Source: Narcine bancroftii (taxonomy: Eukaryota). Taken from it: DNA of 64,000 nt. Shown one piece after another: positions 47,769 through 58,830 of this stretch; position 1 is the stretch's first letter, and every line of letters begins with the position of its first letter. The notes beneath the pieces are model-generated. The model saw nothing but the letters and a program-made list of their open reading frames with translations. It had not been told where the DNA came from and ran no database searches. Location: assembly GCF_036971445.1 (NCBI RefSeq), contig NC_091475.1, positions 196,788,001 to 196,852,000 on the forward strand, written 5' to 3'. The position numbers and the translations under genes were made by a program.

Positions 47769-49336
47769 TATTAGCAGTACAAATAAACTGATTCAACATA
47801 CACATGTAAATAACTAAAGAAATGTAAACGAACTGAATGTGCAATACAGAGAGAAAAAAAATCAATATTAAGTTTGTGATTGAGGAGTCTGATGGTGGAG
47901 AGAGAGCAACTGTTCCTGAATCTGGTGGTGCGAGTCTTGTGGCTCCTAGACCTCTCTCCTGATGAGAGCAGCAGCGAGAACAGAGCGTGTGCTGGGTGGA
48001 GTGGGTCCTTGATGATTTCTGCTACTCTCTGATGGCAGTGTTCCCTGTAAATGTTTTCAATGGTGAGAAGGGTTTTGCCTGTGATGTCCTGGACGGTGTC
48101 TACTACTTTTGCAGGTCTTTACACTTAGGGGTATTGGTGTCCTCATACCAGACCATGGTGCATCTGATCAGCGCACTTTCCACCGCAACATCTGTAGAAA
48201 TTTGCCAAGGTTTCTGATGTTATACCAAACATCCGCAAACTCCTGAAGATGCAGAAGCGTTGACATGCTTTCTTCACGGTGCCGTTAGTGTGTTGGGTCC
48301 AGGAAAGATCCTCCAAGATAATAACTCCAAAGAACTTAAATTTGCTTACCCTCTCTACCTCTGATCCCCCAATATTCACTGGATTGTAAACCTCTGTTTT
48401 TCCCTTCCTGAAACCAATGATCAGCTCCTTAGTTTTGGTCACATTAAATCAAGGTTGTTGTTGGTGCACCTTTTGGCCAAGTTTTCACTCTCCTGTAGGC
48501 TGACTCATCACCTTTCTTTATGCAACCCACTACCGTGGTATCGTTGGCAAATTTGTAGGTAGTGTTTGTAATTGCACCGAGCAACACAGTCGTAGGTGTA
48601 AAGTGAGTAGAGCAGGGGGCTAAGAACATGGTCCTGTGGTGCTCCAGTACTGATGGAGATTGAAGAGGAGATGTTCTCCCAATCTTCACTGATTGTGGTC
48701 ATTTTGTATTAAAAAAAACACGTGATCTTTCCAATTGCTATGTTTAAAGGATCTTGTCAGATTATGGGAGGCATAATTTTATATTTCTGAAATAAAGAAT
48801 TACCACATCTTTCATAATAAATTCAAATCAATACATCCACTGTGACATAATATATACCATCATATCATGTGACCTCTTTGACCATTACAACAATCAAAGT
48901 ATTTGAGAATTTGTTGCAGAGGCCATTGCTCCTCAATGTGCAGTGGGAACAGGACATGACAACAGGCACCTTTATCACATGTTAATCTTTGAGCATTTAA
49001 AATTAAAGACCGCATGTGTCTTTTGAAATTTCAAAACTATCCATATTTAATAGCAGGTAGGATTAAAACCATCTGAGAAGATACAGAAAAAGCTTTAAAG
49101 GGAATCTAATTTCTGATGCAAATGTCTTATAAAATTCTGTTTTAAATCCCATATCTCCCAGAAATATCAGAGTATTTCACATCCAGCTATTTAATTCAAA
49201 CCACAGCAAAACACTGATCTGCAAGCAAACATGAGGATCAATTTTGCATCCAGAAAACCGCAAGAAAATAACCAGACTTCTTATAGATCATTGGTGAGGT
49301 GCATTCAGGGCTGGATATTGGGTAGTAATAGATTTA

Positions 49337-50132
49337 GCCCCTTTCACAACCCCAAATAAAGTGGGTTGAACCGGTCAAGTTAGCGGGTCCATCACGGGTA
49401 ATCTGGCAGTGTGAAAGGTCCCATCTGAGCAGGGCGAGTAAAAATCAGCCAGGCTCTGACTCTCTTGGTGCAAGGGTGGGGGGGGGGGGGGGGGGGGGTG
49501 GTAATATGAGAGCCCAGCCGAGTTAACTTGTTAATCACTCTGTGGCAGTGGGAATGCTCAACCAGCTTGACCATTTACAATTAGTGACGTTAGTTCCTTA
49601 ATGTGTGTGTCAGTCTGATAGTATTTTAAGTAATCTTGAGATGATTTAAAGCACAGGTACACGCTGACAGTTCCACTGGCTGCCCTGTGAAATATAACTG
49701 CACAGTAATATTTCACAGGGCGGCCGGCAGGGCTGTTAGCGCGTGACCAGTGGAGCTGTCAATGCATATCTGTGCTTTAAATATAAAGGATTACTTATAA
49801 GACCAAATACAATGTGATGCTATCTAAATAGTTGTTATACTCTATTGTTTAGGGAATAATGACAAGCTGGTCTGTAGGTTTGTCTTAATTTGAACAGTCT
49901 GAAGCCCACTGTGGTAAATTTTCCCACGTTCTTTTACACATTGAGCACATAATGTGCTTTATTCCCGCTACAATTTTGCTGCCCTGCAAGTAGGTAATGC
50001 ATTACTTGTGACATCACCACTGGAGATCCAGATGAACCAGGTAAATCATGGTCCAGTGTGAATGGCTTTCTGGCTACTGCATGCCCAGTAAGTTTACCCA
50101 CTTCCTAGGAGGGTTGGTGGTGCAAAAAGGGC
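49337..50132. mobile_element. Probable PIF/Harbinger-like MITE with a central long hairpin
   Basis: Ends TTA-gcccctttcaca / tgcaaaaagggc, repeated cagtgtgaa motifs, and an internal inverted repeat at 49624-49800. Confidence 0.5.
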
Positions 50133-50822
50133 TTGAGTCTTTAAAATGTTACCAACCATTGCATTGAGATGCCATCCAAACTGCACCATTGTCGTAATAT
50201 TTTGCTGCTACGGTAACATACTGGAGCAGAATTTTGATATTTATTCTGTGTTGAGAACCTTGTCAAGTCAATGTAACATGGATCTAACAAGCACAGACAT
50301 TAAAAATAATTTTATACTTTACCAAGCTATGACAAATCAGACCTTCTCTGCTATGACAGTTTATTTTGAAGAGCTTTAGTCCCTCCATACTTTGCAAATG
50401 ATATTTCTTTACTCTCATGGCTGAATTTGGCTTAATTTTACTTCTCTTTGTTGTCTTGTTGACATCGTCACCCTGATCTTCATATCCTTGTTATAATCAC
50501 ATTGAAACTCATAAATCGTGTTCAGTTTGATGGACCAAATGAGCATATTAATTGGAAGCCTTTACAATTGAACAACATAATCATATACCAAGCACATCGG
50601 AATGAGTATCTGATGACAGTCCATTTCCAGTAATATAAAGGATCATTTTTATAATTATTTTCCACTGTTGTTTCTGAGCGCCTATTATTTTTTCATAGAA
50701 TTACAGCTAAAAACAAAAACAGTCCAATCCTTCCTTGCTGGTTTCTAGCTCTCCAACCATCCCTCAGCCTACTTTACAAATATTAGCTCCATTCCTTTCT
50801 GCCAGAGATATTTTTGTCTTTC

Positions 50823-51078
50823 TCGGTTGGTGTGGTGGTTAGCGCAACGCCTCTACCGCACCAGCGATTGGGACCGGGGTCCAAATCCCACTTTGTCTGT
50901 AAGGAGTTCGTACATTCTTCCCGTGTCTGCGTGGGTTTTCTCTGGGGGCTCCATTTTCTTCCCACCGTTCAAAACGTACAGGAGGGGGGAGGTTAATTGG
51001 GTGTAAATTGGGCAGCACGGACTTATGGGACGAAGTGGCCTGTAACCGTGCTGTATTTGCCAAAATCTGAATCTAAAT
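50823..51078 (+). mobile_element. V-SINE/HE1-like SINE
   Basis: cggttggtgtggtggttagcgcaacgcc head, V core gtgtctgcgtgggttttctc and a CR1-like tail. Confidence 0.8.
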
Positions 51079-51225
51079 CAATTTCTCTGTTTCATTTTAT
51101 CCATTGGTTTCAAACACTCCTCGTATATTGTTGTATGATCTGAATGTGTAATGTATTAATGTGTACTCTATGAATTATGGCTAAACAAAGTTTATTTTGA
51201 AAGTTGAGCATTACCACGTTAAATT

Positions 51226-51665
51226 TACATAGAACATAGAACACTACAGCATAATCCAGGCCCTTAGGCCTTCAATGTTGTGCTAACCCATATATTCCTT
51301 TAAAAAAATACTAAACCATAACCTATTTTTCTTCCATCCATGTGCCTGTCTAAGAGTCTTTTAAATGCCTCTAAAGTTTTAGCCTCCGCCACCATCCCTG
51401 GCAATGCAATCCAGCCACACATAACTCTCTGTGTATAAAAAATAGTACCCCTGATGTCTCCCCTAAACTTCCCTCCCTTAACTTTGTACATGTACCCTCT
51501 GGTGTTCGCTGATCCAGCAGATGCTGGCTGTCCACCCTATCAATGCCTCTCATAATCTTGTAGTCCTCTATCGAGTCTCCTTTTAACCTTCTACGCTCCA
51601 AAGAGAAAAGTCCTAGCTCTGCTAAACTTGCCTCATAAGATTTGTTTTCCAATCCAGGCAAAATC
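51226..51665 (-). mobile_element. CR1 3' fragment
   Basis: ORF 51371-51661 PGLENKSYEASLAELGLFSLERRRLKGDSIE; catagaa tail repeats. Confidence 0.85.
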
Positions 51666-51779
51666 TCTTCTGAATAATAATTACATTTTTAAAATTAAAT
51701 TTAAATTAAATTGGGTGTAATTAGGCAGCCACTGGCTCATGGGCTGAAAAGGCCTGTTTAAAAATTTGAAAATTTAAAT

Positions 51780-51992
51780 TTAAACACGCAGTACATTAAC
51801 AGGCCCTTCCAGCCCAAGAGCTCTGGCTGCCCAATAAACCTACAACATTTTGAAGGGTGTGAGGAAACCGGAGCACCCGGAAGAAACCCACACAGATCCA
51901 GGGAGAGCGTACAAACTCCTTACACACAGCAAACCCAGATCGCTGGCCAGTTAACAGTGTTGCACTGCCCGCTACGCTAACATTGCTGCCCA
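51780..51992 (-). mobile_element. V-SINE/HE1-like SINE, inverted relative to 50823-51078
   Basis: Reverse complement gggcagcaatgttagcgtagcgg...gtttgtacgctctccc...cttccgggtgctccggtttcctc. Confidence 0.8.
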
Positions 51993-52376
51993 TATATTTG
52001 AGAATTCAGACAAGTGTCCATATTCAGCCGAGATTTGAACCGGCAACCCTTCAGCACTTGCGTGCCACAGCTGATTTCTCAGTGCATCCATTTCTAGAAA
52101 TATCCTCCGGCTTTTCCTATCCTGTTGATTCCTATGAATAATAGACTGTATTCAGTATTGCCCTCTACTGTAAATTTAAGTGCCTTCATTATGCTGAAGT
52201 CTGGAACTTTGCTACATTGTTTGAGTAGAAGGTGGTTCAGGAAAAACTATGGCCAGAATGATTCTGTCTTGATTTGAACCGATGTTCCGTTGAGCTTCAG
52301 TTCCCTTGCAGGTTCATTGATCTAAGCCCATTGGCAATTCAGCATGACTTGAATATGCTGTTTTTCCCTCAAACAG

Positions 52377-52529
52377 GGGAGTATGTCGTCATGACCGTCT
52401 ACTTCGATTTAAGCAGAAGAATGGGATATTTCACGATTCAGACCTACATACCATGTATATTGACAGTCGTCCTCTCCTGGGTCTCATTCTGGATTAAAAA
52501 GGATGCAACGCCAGCCAGGACAGCACTGG
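52377..52529 (+). CDS. GABRG3: Internal coding exon (153 bp, phase 1-1) of a GABA-A receptor gamma subunit, most like gamma-3; encodes pre-M1, M1 and the start of M2
   Basis: Translates (G)[50 protein letters not shown](G). [12 protein letters not shown] matches gamma-3, whereas gamma-1/2 have INKDAVPARTSL. Pyrimidine tract and acceptor tttttccctcaaacAG end at 52376; donor GTaagt starts at 52530. 153 nt is the conserved size of this exon in GABA-A subunit genes. Confidence 0.9.
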
Positions 52530-53177
52530 GTAAGTTCTGTGCCGTATTTGGCTCCTGGGTCTCTGACTTGCTGTTAACTTTGAAATGACCCAGAGGGAGC
52601 CATAGCTTGGGAGGAAGACAAGGTGTGTAGGAGTAGAGATAGCCATGCAATGAACGTTTACAGTCTGAAATAGAGTGCCCCAAAGCACAGTGCCACCAGT
52701 TTGATGACAGAGCCCCCTAAGGGATTTGAGACAAAGCAACTTTGCTGAGCCCTTGGAAAAGCACAGTAGGATTTGATAAATAGCTCTTGCAAAGAGTAAA
52801 TACTGGTATATATCGGGCTCATAATCATGCTCCTAAAATCTATAAACTTTAAAATCTAGTAGGCATTCACTTTTGCTGGTACTAAACACTTAATGTTGAA
52901 GGCAATTCTGATATTCAGTTTTGAGGCCAATAGTCCAAGTTTATTGTCACATGTAACAGAGACAGAGATTGTTCTGCAGCGAACAATTAGACATCTTTTA
53001 CATCAGTCAGGGGTGTGATAATGGTGGGAATCTGGTGGAGTGGGATCTCATACTCGTGAGTCTTCTTCCTGACAAGAAGGGGATGAAAAAAGTGCAGCAG
53101 GGGCAGGATGAGTCTTATACAGTAATGTGTTGGCATCTTTTCCAAGGAGTTATAGAGTCAATGGAGTCAATGTATGT

Positions 53178-53335
53178 CAGATCTCAGATTTCAGATTTAT
53201 TGTCAGAGTATATACATACATGACATCACATACAACCCTGAGATTCCTTTTCCTGTGGCTGCGGCAGAATCTAATTGGTAGTGCAAAAGATAAACTGTAC
53301 ACAGTACACATATAAACAAATGACGAGCTATCACA
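53178..53335 (-). mobile_element. Rex1/Babar-type LINE 3' tail
   Basis: cagatttcagatttattgtcagagta...tacaaccctgagattcc. Confidence 0.75.
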
Positions 53336-53914
53336 CTCACAACACTGCAGTTTCTTGCAGTCTGGAACTGGAAGTAGAATTAATGAGGTGCAATATTCAG
53401 CTTCAGTGGCCTGCTATAAGATAATAATTATCATGTGCTTGGTCTGCTGTAGCATTGTAATAACTTCCAATTATTTTGGAAATGTACAGAAGAGATTTAC
53501 CAGGATGCTGCCAAATGGATTTTCATATCGGCCATCCATGCATAAAACTGGATATTGTATGTAAGTTATTCACAAACTAAAGCATAAGTAATTGAGCAGA
53601 AACTTCTTTATGCAAAGAACAGTTAGAAAATAGAAAACATTTTAGCAGAAATAATGCATTGATGCATTTAATAGGAAACTGAGTTTTCTATGTTTATTTG
53701 TCACAAAATACTTAATGCAGTGGGAAGGGTTCTTCTGTGAACGGACCAACAGATTATCTTCAAAAGCTTATGGATCCCAAGCCAGAGAGACTGATTGCAG
53801 CTGCCAAGCATCTCAATTCTACCAATGAAATGAGGAGAGAAGCGATTCAAGAGATGGTCATCTATCCATAATTTTGATCATGGAAAATAGTCAGGGAGAG
53901 GCTTTCAAGAACTG

Positions 53915-54267
53915 AGTTACATGGAAATGTTAGGTTAGTTTATTCCCTGGAGCATAGAAAAATGAGGGGAGATTTGATAGAGGTGTACAAAATTATGATG
54001 GGTACAGATAGGGTGACAGTTAATAGATATGTTTTTGGGAGATAAATTGGGGCAGGATTTTTAGTGTAGGTCTGCTCAAGCTAGAGAGGCCGGCTCTAAG
54101 AGCCTTTGCGAAAGCTTTGGAGAGTGCCCAAGAGACTTAACTAATAGATTGTTGTTTTGAAAAGCATCGGGTGAAAGAACTCGGAGGAGTAGGTTTGGAG
54201 CCAAAGGCTGTCTAAGAGGGTCATGTGATTTTTGCAAGCAGAGAGGGAGTCAAACAGACTTTTCTCT

Positions 54268-54301
<34 letters not shown>

Positions 54302-55320
54302 GACAGAGACAGAGACAGAGACAGAGAGAGAGATCAGTTCTGCAGTTTTACAGTCAGCAGCAACAGCTGGGACTGGAACAGGACAAGCTGACAAGCTTGT
54401 GGAAAATCCCCATTTTGAAAATGGTTATGAGTGCTTAGTTCAGCCTAGTCAAAGCCCTTATGTTTCACTTGAAATAAAAAACAAAAAGGAACTCTGTGGT
54501 GACCTGAAAGAAAGAGGTTATCATGTTGAAAACCCTGAAGGGGCAAGTTTCTTCGGCAAGACACTGAAGGGGCTGATTAAAAGGAATCAGTTGTGGGTGT
54601 CCAGTGAGCAACAAATCTCTCTCTGAAAACTGACAAGAACCTTTCTGAGCAGTAACCATTTACCTTTTAAGCAGCAAAGCCTGGTGAACTTGATAAATGT
54701 TAAATTCTGAGCACAGGATAAGAATTGCCTGCATCTAGTGAACGTGGAGGAATGAGAAGTGAAATTGGACTGTGAATCACAGGGCTTTTCTAAACATACA
54801 CACACATTACATACACATGCACTTAGAATTAGAAGGGGGTTAAGTTAGGATAGTTAAGTTAATAGTGATAAGTTCAAGTTTGATCTTGTTTTCATGTTTG
54901 ATAATTAAAAGCGACTTTTGTTCAAGTAACAATTTGTCTTGGTGAACATCTATTACTACTGGGTTTTGGGGTCCTCTGGGCTCGTAACAATAGAATAAAT
55001 GCAAGCAGGCTTTTTTTCACTGAGGTTAGGTGAGATAAAAACTAGAGAGCATGGGTTAAAGGTGAAACAGGAGAAGTTAAAAGGGAATATTTAGGAGAAC
55101 TTCTTCACACACAGAGAATGGTGGGAGTGTGGAATGTGGTGCCAGCTGATTTGGTAAATGCAGGCTCAATTATGAACATTTAAGAAAAATGTGGAGAGTA
55201 CATGAATGGGAGGGATATAGTCTGTGTGCAGGTCAGTGAGATGAGACCAAATAATAGTTCAGCATGGACTAGAAGGGTTGAAGGGCCCGTTTCTGTGCTA
55301 TAGTGTTCTATGGTTCTATA
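53915..55320 (+). mobile_element. CR1 3' fragment split by a solo LTR
   Basis: LYSLEHRKMRGDLIEVYKIMMGTDR|INASRLF... continues after 54989 and ends in ttctatgg-type tail repeats. Confidence 0.8.
54012..54989 (+). mobile_element. Solo LTR (~1.0 kb), inverted homologue of 15990-17006
   Basis: Ends ...gggctcgtaaca; 4-bp TSD atag at 54008-54011 and 54990-54993; internal (AG)/(AGAC) microsatellite at ~54265-54332. Confidence 0.85.
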
Positions 55321-55981
55321 ATGGAAAACTGTTTTGTTGAAAAACCTTTTTGTTAAGATTCCTCTGCACTTTAAATTCTACCAAGTTAGGATTTTCCAAG
55401 CTGTGTAATCAGTCTAAGTTAACAACCTAAAGACATCAATAATTGCCCTGCATTCTGCGTCACTACACCTGTCTTTACTGTAATGCCAACTGCTGACTGG
55501 TGCAGTGTGAAAAGTATTTAAAGTGAGCAAACCATGCGTTAGTGATTTTAAAAAAAGATTAAACCTTGTTATAAGACTGCCAAGTATCGCTGTGTAATGG
55601 AAGTACATTTCCAGGCATTTATCATGCTGAATATAAAGTCTCACAGAACTCCCAAGGATTGGGTTTATGTTGTGAACCTACTTCGACATCTGAACCTCCA
55701 GAGTTTGGACAAAGCAAATGCAATGAAACTTTACAGCCTCCTAAATTTCAAATCCAAATATTTGCTTTAAGTTCCATAGCTTGCAATGCATTAGTGATCC
55801 TTATAAAACATTGCCAATGTTAAACATCTGGTCTAGCGGGGCCCCAGAAATAATGTAGCACAATTAAAATAATCTAACTGATGTAAAAAGAGCACTACAG
55901 ATGGCAAACATCAGGGATTCAAATTTCATGTAGATTTACTCATCTTTCGTGCTTTGCTTTTAACAATACCTAATTTAATAT

Positions 55982-56221
55982 TGTGATAGTACAGATCTAT
56001 CACCAATGTATATAGTGTATAGAGTTACAGTATCTAGACTGTGCTTACAGCAATTGGCTGAGAGCTAAGCCACGCCTATTGTCTGGGCCTTAAAGGGTTG
56101 TGTCCCTAGCCAGGTCGGATCATTCCGGACTGGTCGGCCACCTGTGAAGAGCTCCTGTCTTTTGCTAATAAAAGCCTTGGTTTGGATCAACAAGTCTTTG
56201 ATTCTTTCGACGAGCTCAACA
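55982..56221 (+). mobile_element. Solo LTR (240 bp, Gypsy-like)
   Basis: tgtgatag...ctcaaca ends; 5-bp TSD aatat at 55977-55981 and 56222-56226; AATAAA at 56167-56172. Confidence 0.85.
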
Positions 56222-56439
56222 AATATCAAGTGTTGTTTATTGAGAATTCGAGGTAAACAATTAATAGAGTTAAATTTTGGATATAAGGTGAAGAATTTAG
56301 AAGAGGTGAAGGAAATATCTAAATCTCATGATAGCAAAGATGAGTTCTCTACTTGGATAGGAAACTGGTTAAGTGGCTGACCAGAGTGAAGATAATGACA
56401 GATAATCTAATCAGCAATTATTTTACTTTTTGGTCTAGG

Positions 56440-57200
56440 ATTAGATAATAGACAATAGGTGCAGGAGTAGGCCATTCAGCCCTTTGAGCCAGCACTGCTA
56501 TCCACTGTGATCATGCCTTCTCCCCATAATCCCTTGACATTACTATCTTTAAGGGCTCTATCTAATTCCTCCTTGAAAGCATCCAAGGAATTGACCTCTA
56601 CTGCCTTCCGAGGCAGGGCATTCCAGAGATCACAACTATCAGGGTGAAAATGTTCTGCCTCAAGTCCATTCCAAATGTCCTACCTCTTATTCTTAAATTG
56701 TGTATGACTGTGAATATTTATTTTCTAGTAATTTATCTTATGTATATATTGTCTCTTTAGTTTCGTATCATAGACTTTCTTTACAAGTACCTATTCAAGT
56801 ACTTTGGTACAAGTACCAAGTCAGAATTTCATTGCATGTGTATCACAATTAGACAATAGACAATAGAAAATAGGTGCTGGAGTAGGCCAATTGGCCCGTC
56901 GAGCCAGCACTGCCATTTATCAGATCATGGCTGATATTTTTCTTTCAATAACCACTCCCAGCCTTATCCCCCTTAACCCTTAACTCCCCTGCCCACAAGA
57001 GCCGTATCCAATTCTCTCTTAAATCTATCCAGTGAATCTGCCGCCACTACCCTCTGTGGCAATGCATTCCACAGATCCACAACTCTCTGGGTAAAAAAAA
57101 AATCTCCACATTTCTGTCTTAAATGGCCTTCCCTGTATTCTTAAAATATGCCCTCTAGTCCTCGTCTCTCCCATCATTTGAACATGTACTCTGATTTCAC
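56440..57200 (-). mobile_element. Two adjacent CR1 3' fragments (~56440-56700 and ~56850-57200)
   Basis: Both begin with (tagacaa)n...ggagtaggcc. ORF 57025-57207 reads GETRTRGHILRIQGRPFKTEMWR. Confidence 0.75.
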
Positions 57201-57208
57201 CCTGCATA

Positions 57209-58182
57209 CCATATATACTTGTGTAATTGTCAATTTTTTAGACCACTCATTTTGGGCCAAAAAATTAGGGGAGGGGTGAGTTTTACATGGGTCAAAAATC
57301 TACGTCATTCAAGGTGTCGGGAGTTCAGATGGTTGGGACCGAGTGATGCCTGCGGTCAAGGGGTTAGGAATTTGGTGGGCAAGTGGTTGGAGCATCAGAA
57401 GTTCATATGGGTGGGTGGCTGTGGTGAGGTTTTGTGGTCTGGATCTGGATTTTGGGTGGGCGGGAAGCCGAGGTAAGGGACCACTGTTGGGGCATTGGGA
57501 GCTCTGGTGAGCAGCCGGTCAAGACAAGGGTCCTCTGTTGAGATGCTGTGAGCTCCACTTGGTGAGAGGCTGGGGCATTGGGAGCTCCGATGGGCAGGTT
57601 ACAGGGGTGACAGGGGTTTGGATGGGCAGGCAGACGACGAGGATCCACAGTCAGGAGCTCAGATGGGCAGGCAACAAGGGCATCGGGAGTTTGGATGGAT
57701 GGGCATTTCTGTGGTTGGAAGCTCAGATGGGCAGGCAGCCGGGGCATCGGGAGTTTGGATGGATGGGCATATCCGCGGTTGGGAGCTCAGATGGGCAGGC
57801 AGCTGGGGCAAGGATCCACAGTTAGAATTACGGATCAGTGGGTGACCAGGGCAAGGATCTGCGGTCGGGAACTTGGATGGGCAGGCAGCCAGGGTGAGGA
57901 TCCATGGTCAGGAACTTGGATGGGTGGGTGACCAGGGTGAGGATCCGCAATTGGAAGCTTGGATAGGTGGGTGACCAAATTGAGGAACTACGGTCAGGAG
58001 CTTGGATGGGTGGACAGCCAGGGTAAGGATCCATGGTCAGGGCAAAAGAGGCTCAGATGGGTGTGTAGCCATGGCCAAATGTAGACTTTTACACAGGTCA
58101 TACAAAAACACCCGATTTTTGTGCCAAATGAATGGGCGGGTCAACTATAACATGGTATCGATGATTACACAAGTAAGTACAG
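57209..58182. mobile_element. Tc2/pogo-like MITE with an internal degenerate G-rich ~45-bp tandem array (~57300-58060)
   Basis: TA-ccatatatacttgtgtaat left end versus attacacaagtaagtacag right end. Recurring ggagctcagatgggcaggcagcc and aggatcc units inside. Confidence 0.65.
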
Positions 58183-58434
58183 AAATTCATTATCATTGAA
58201 TAAATTTTTTTTAAAAATCTTCAGATGCACCAAATCTGTAAGAAAAGTAAAAAATTTCTGGAATGAACAGTGATCCAGGCAGCATCTTTGGGAAGAGAAA
58301 TATTTGACATTTCATGTCGAAGATTTTTCATTATTAAGAAAAGAAAGAAAGCCTGTTGGCCTCAGTGGTAGAGAAGATGGGGAAGAGTAGTGGGTGTCAG
58401 GAATGGGTTGAGATGATGGAGTAAATTGCAAAAA

Positions 58435-58830
58435 TCTATGGACACCGTGGTTGACGTAAAATCATAAAATGCTGGAGAAGCTCATTTGGCCAAACAGTGT
58501 CCTTTATGTAGCAAAGGTAAAAATACAGAACCGACATTTTGGACTTGAGCCCTTCATCAAGGTGTAGAAGAAAGTTGGCAGGTGTCCCATCAAAAGGGGG
58601 GGGGAAGGGGGAGGCAAAGGCAGGAAATGAGAGGGGGAGAAGGGAGGGAAGGGACAGCAGCAATCATAGGGCTGGATGATTGGAGAAAGCAGGGAGGAGG
58701 GGGAACTGGAAAATCTGGAAGGGGAGGGAGAAAAAAAGGCGAGCAGATGAGCAGAAACTAGAGAAGTCGATGTTAATGTCACCTGGCTAGAAGGAAAATC
58801 AGATGTTGTCTTCCAGTCTGCGGGTAGTCA
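58435..58830 (-). mobile_element. Penelope-like 3' end / pseudo-LTR
   Basis: Reverse-complement homologue of 7795-8215, including ccttgatgaagggctcaagtccaaaatgtcgg. Confidence 0.75.

Larger units (their letters stand above)
46903..48700 (-). mobile_element. Rex1/Babar-type LINE 3' half, interrupted by a MITE/minisatellite
   Basis: ISTGAPQDHVLSPLLYSLYTYDC, YKFANDTTVVGCI...DESAYR, TKTKELIIGFRK...FKFFGVIILEDLSW; 3' tail at 46903-46990. Confidence 0.9.

Noticed and set aside
52274-52588. 104-aa ORF as a standalone gene
   Set aside because: Only 52377-52529 is receptor-like and it is bounded by AG/GT; the rest is intron read-through.
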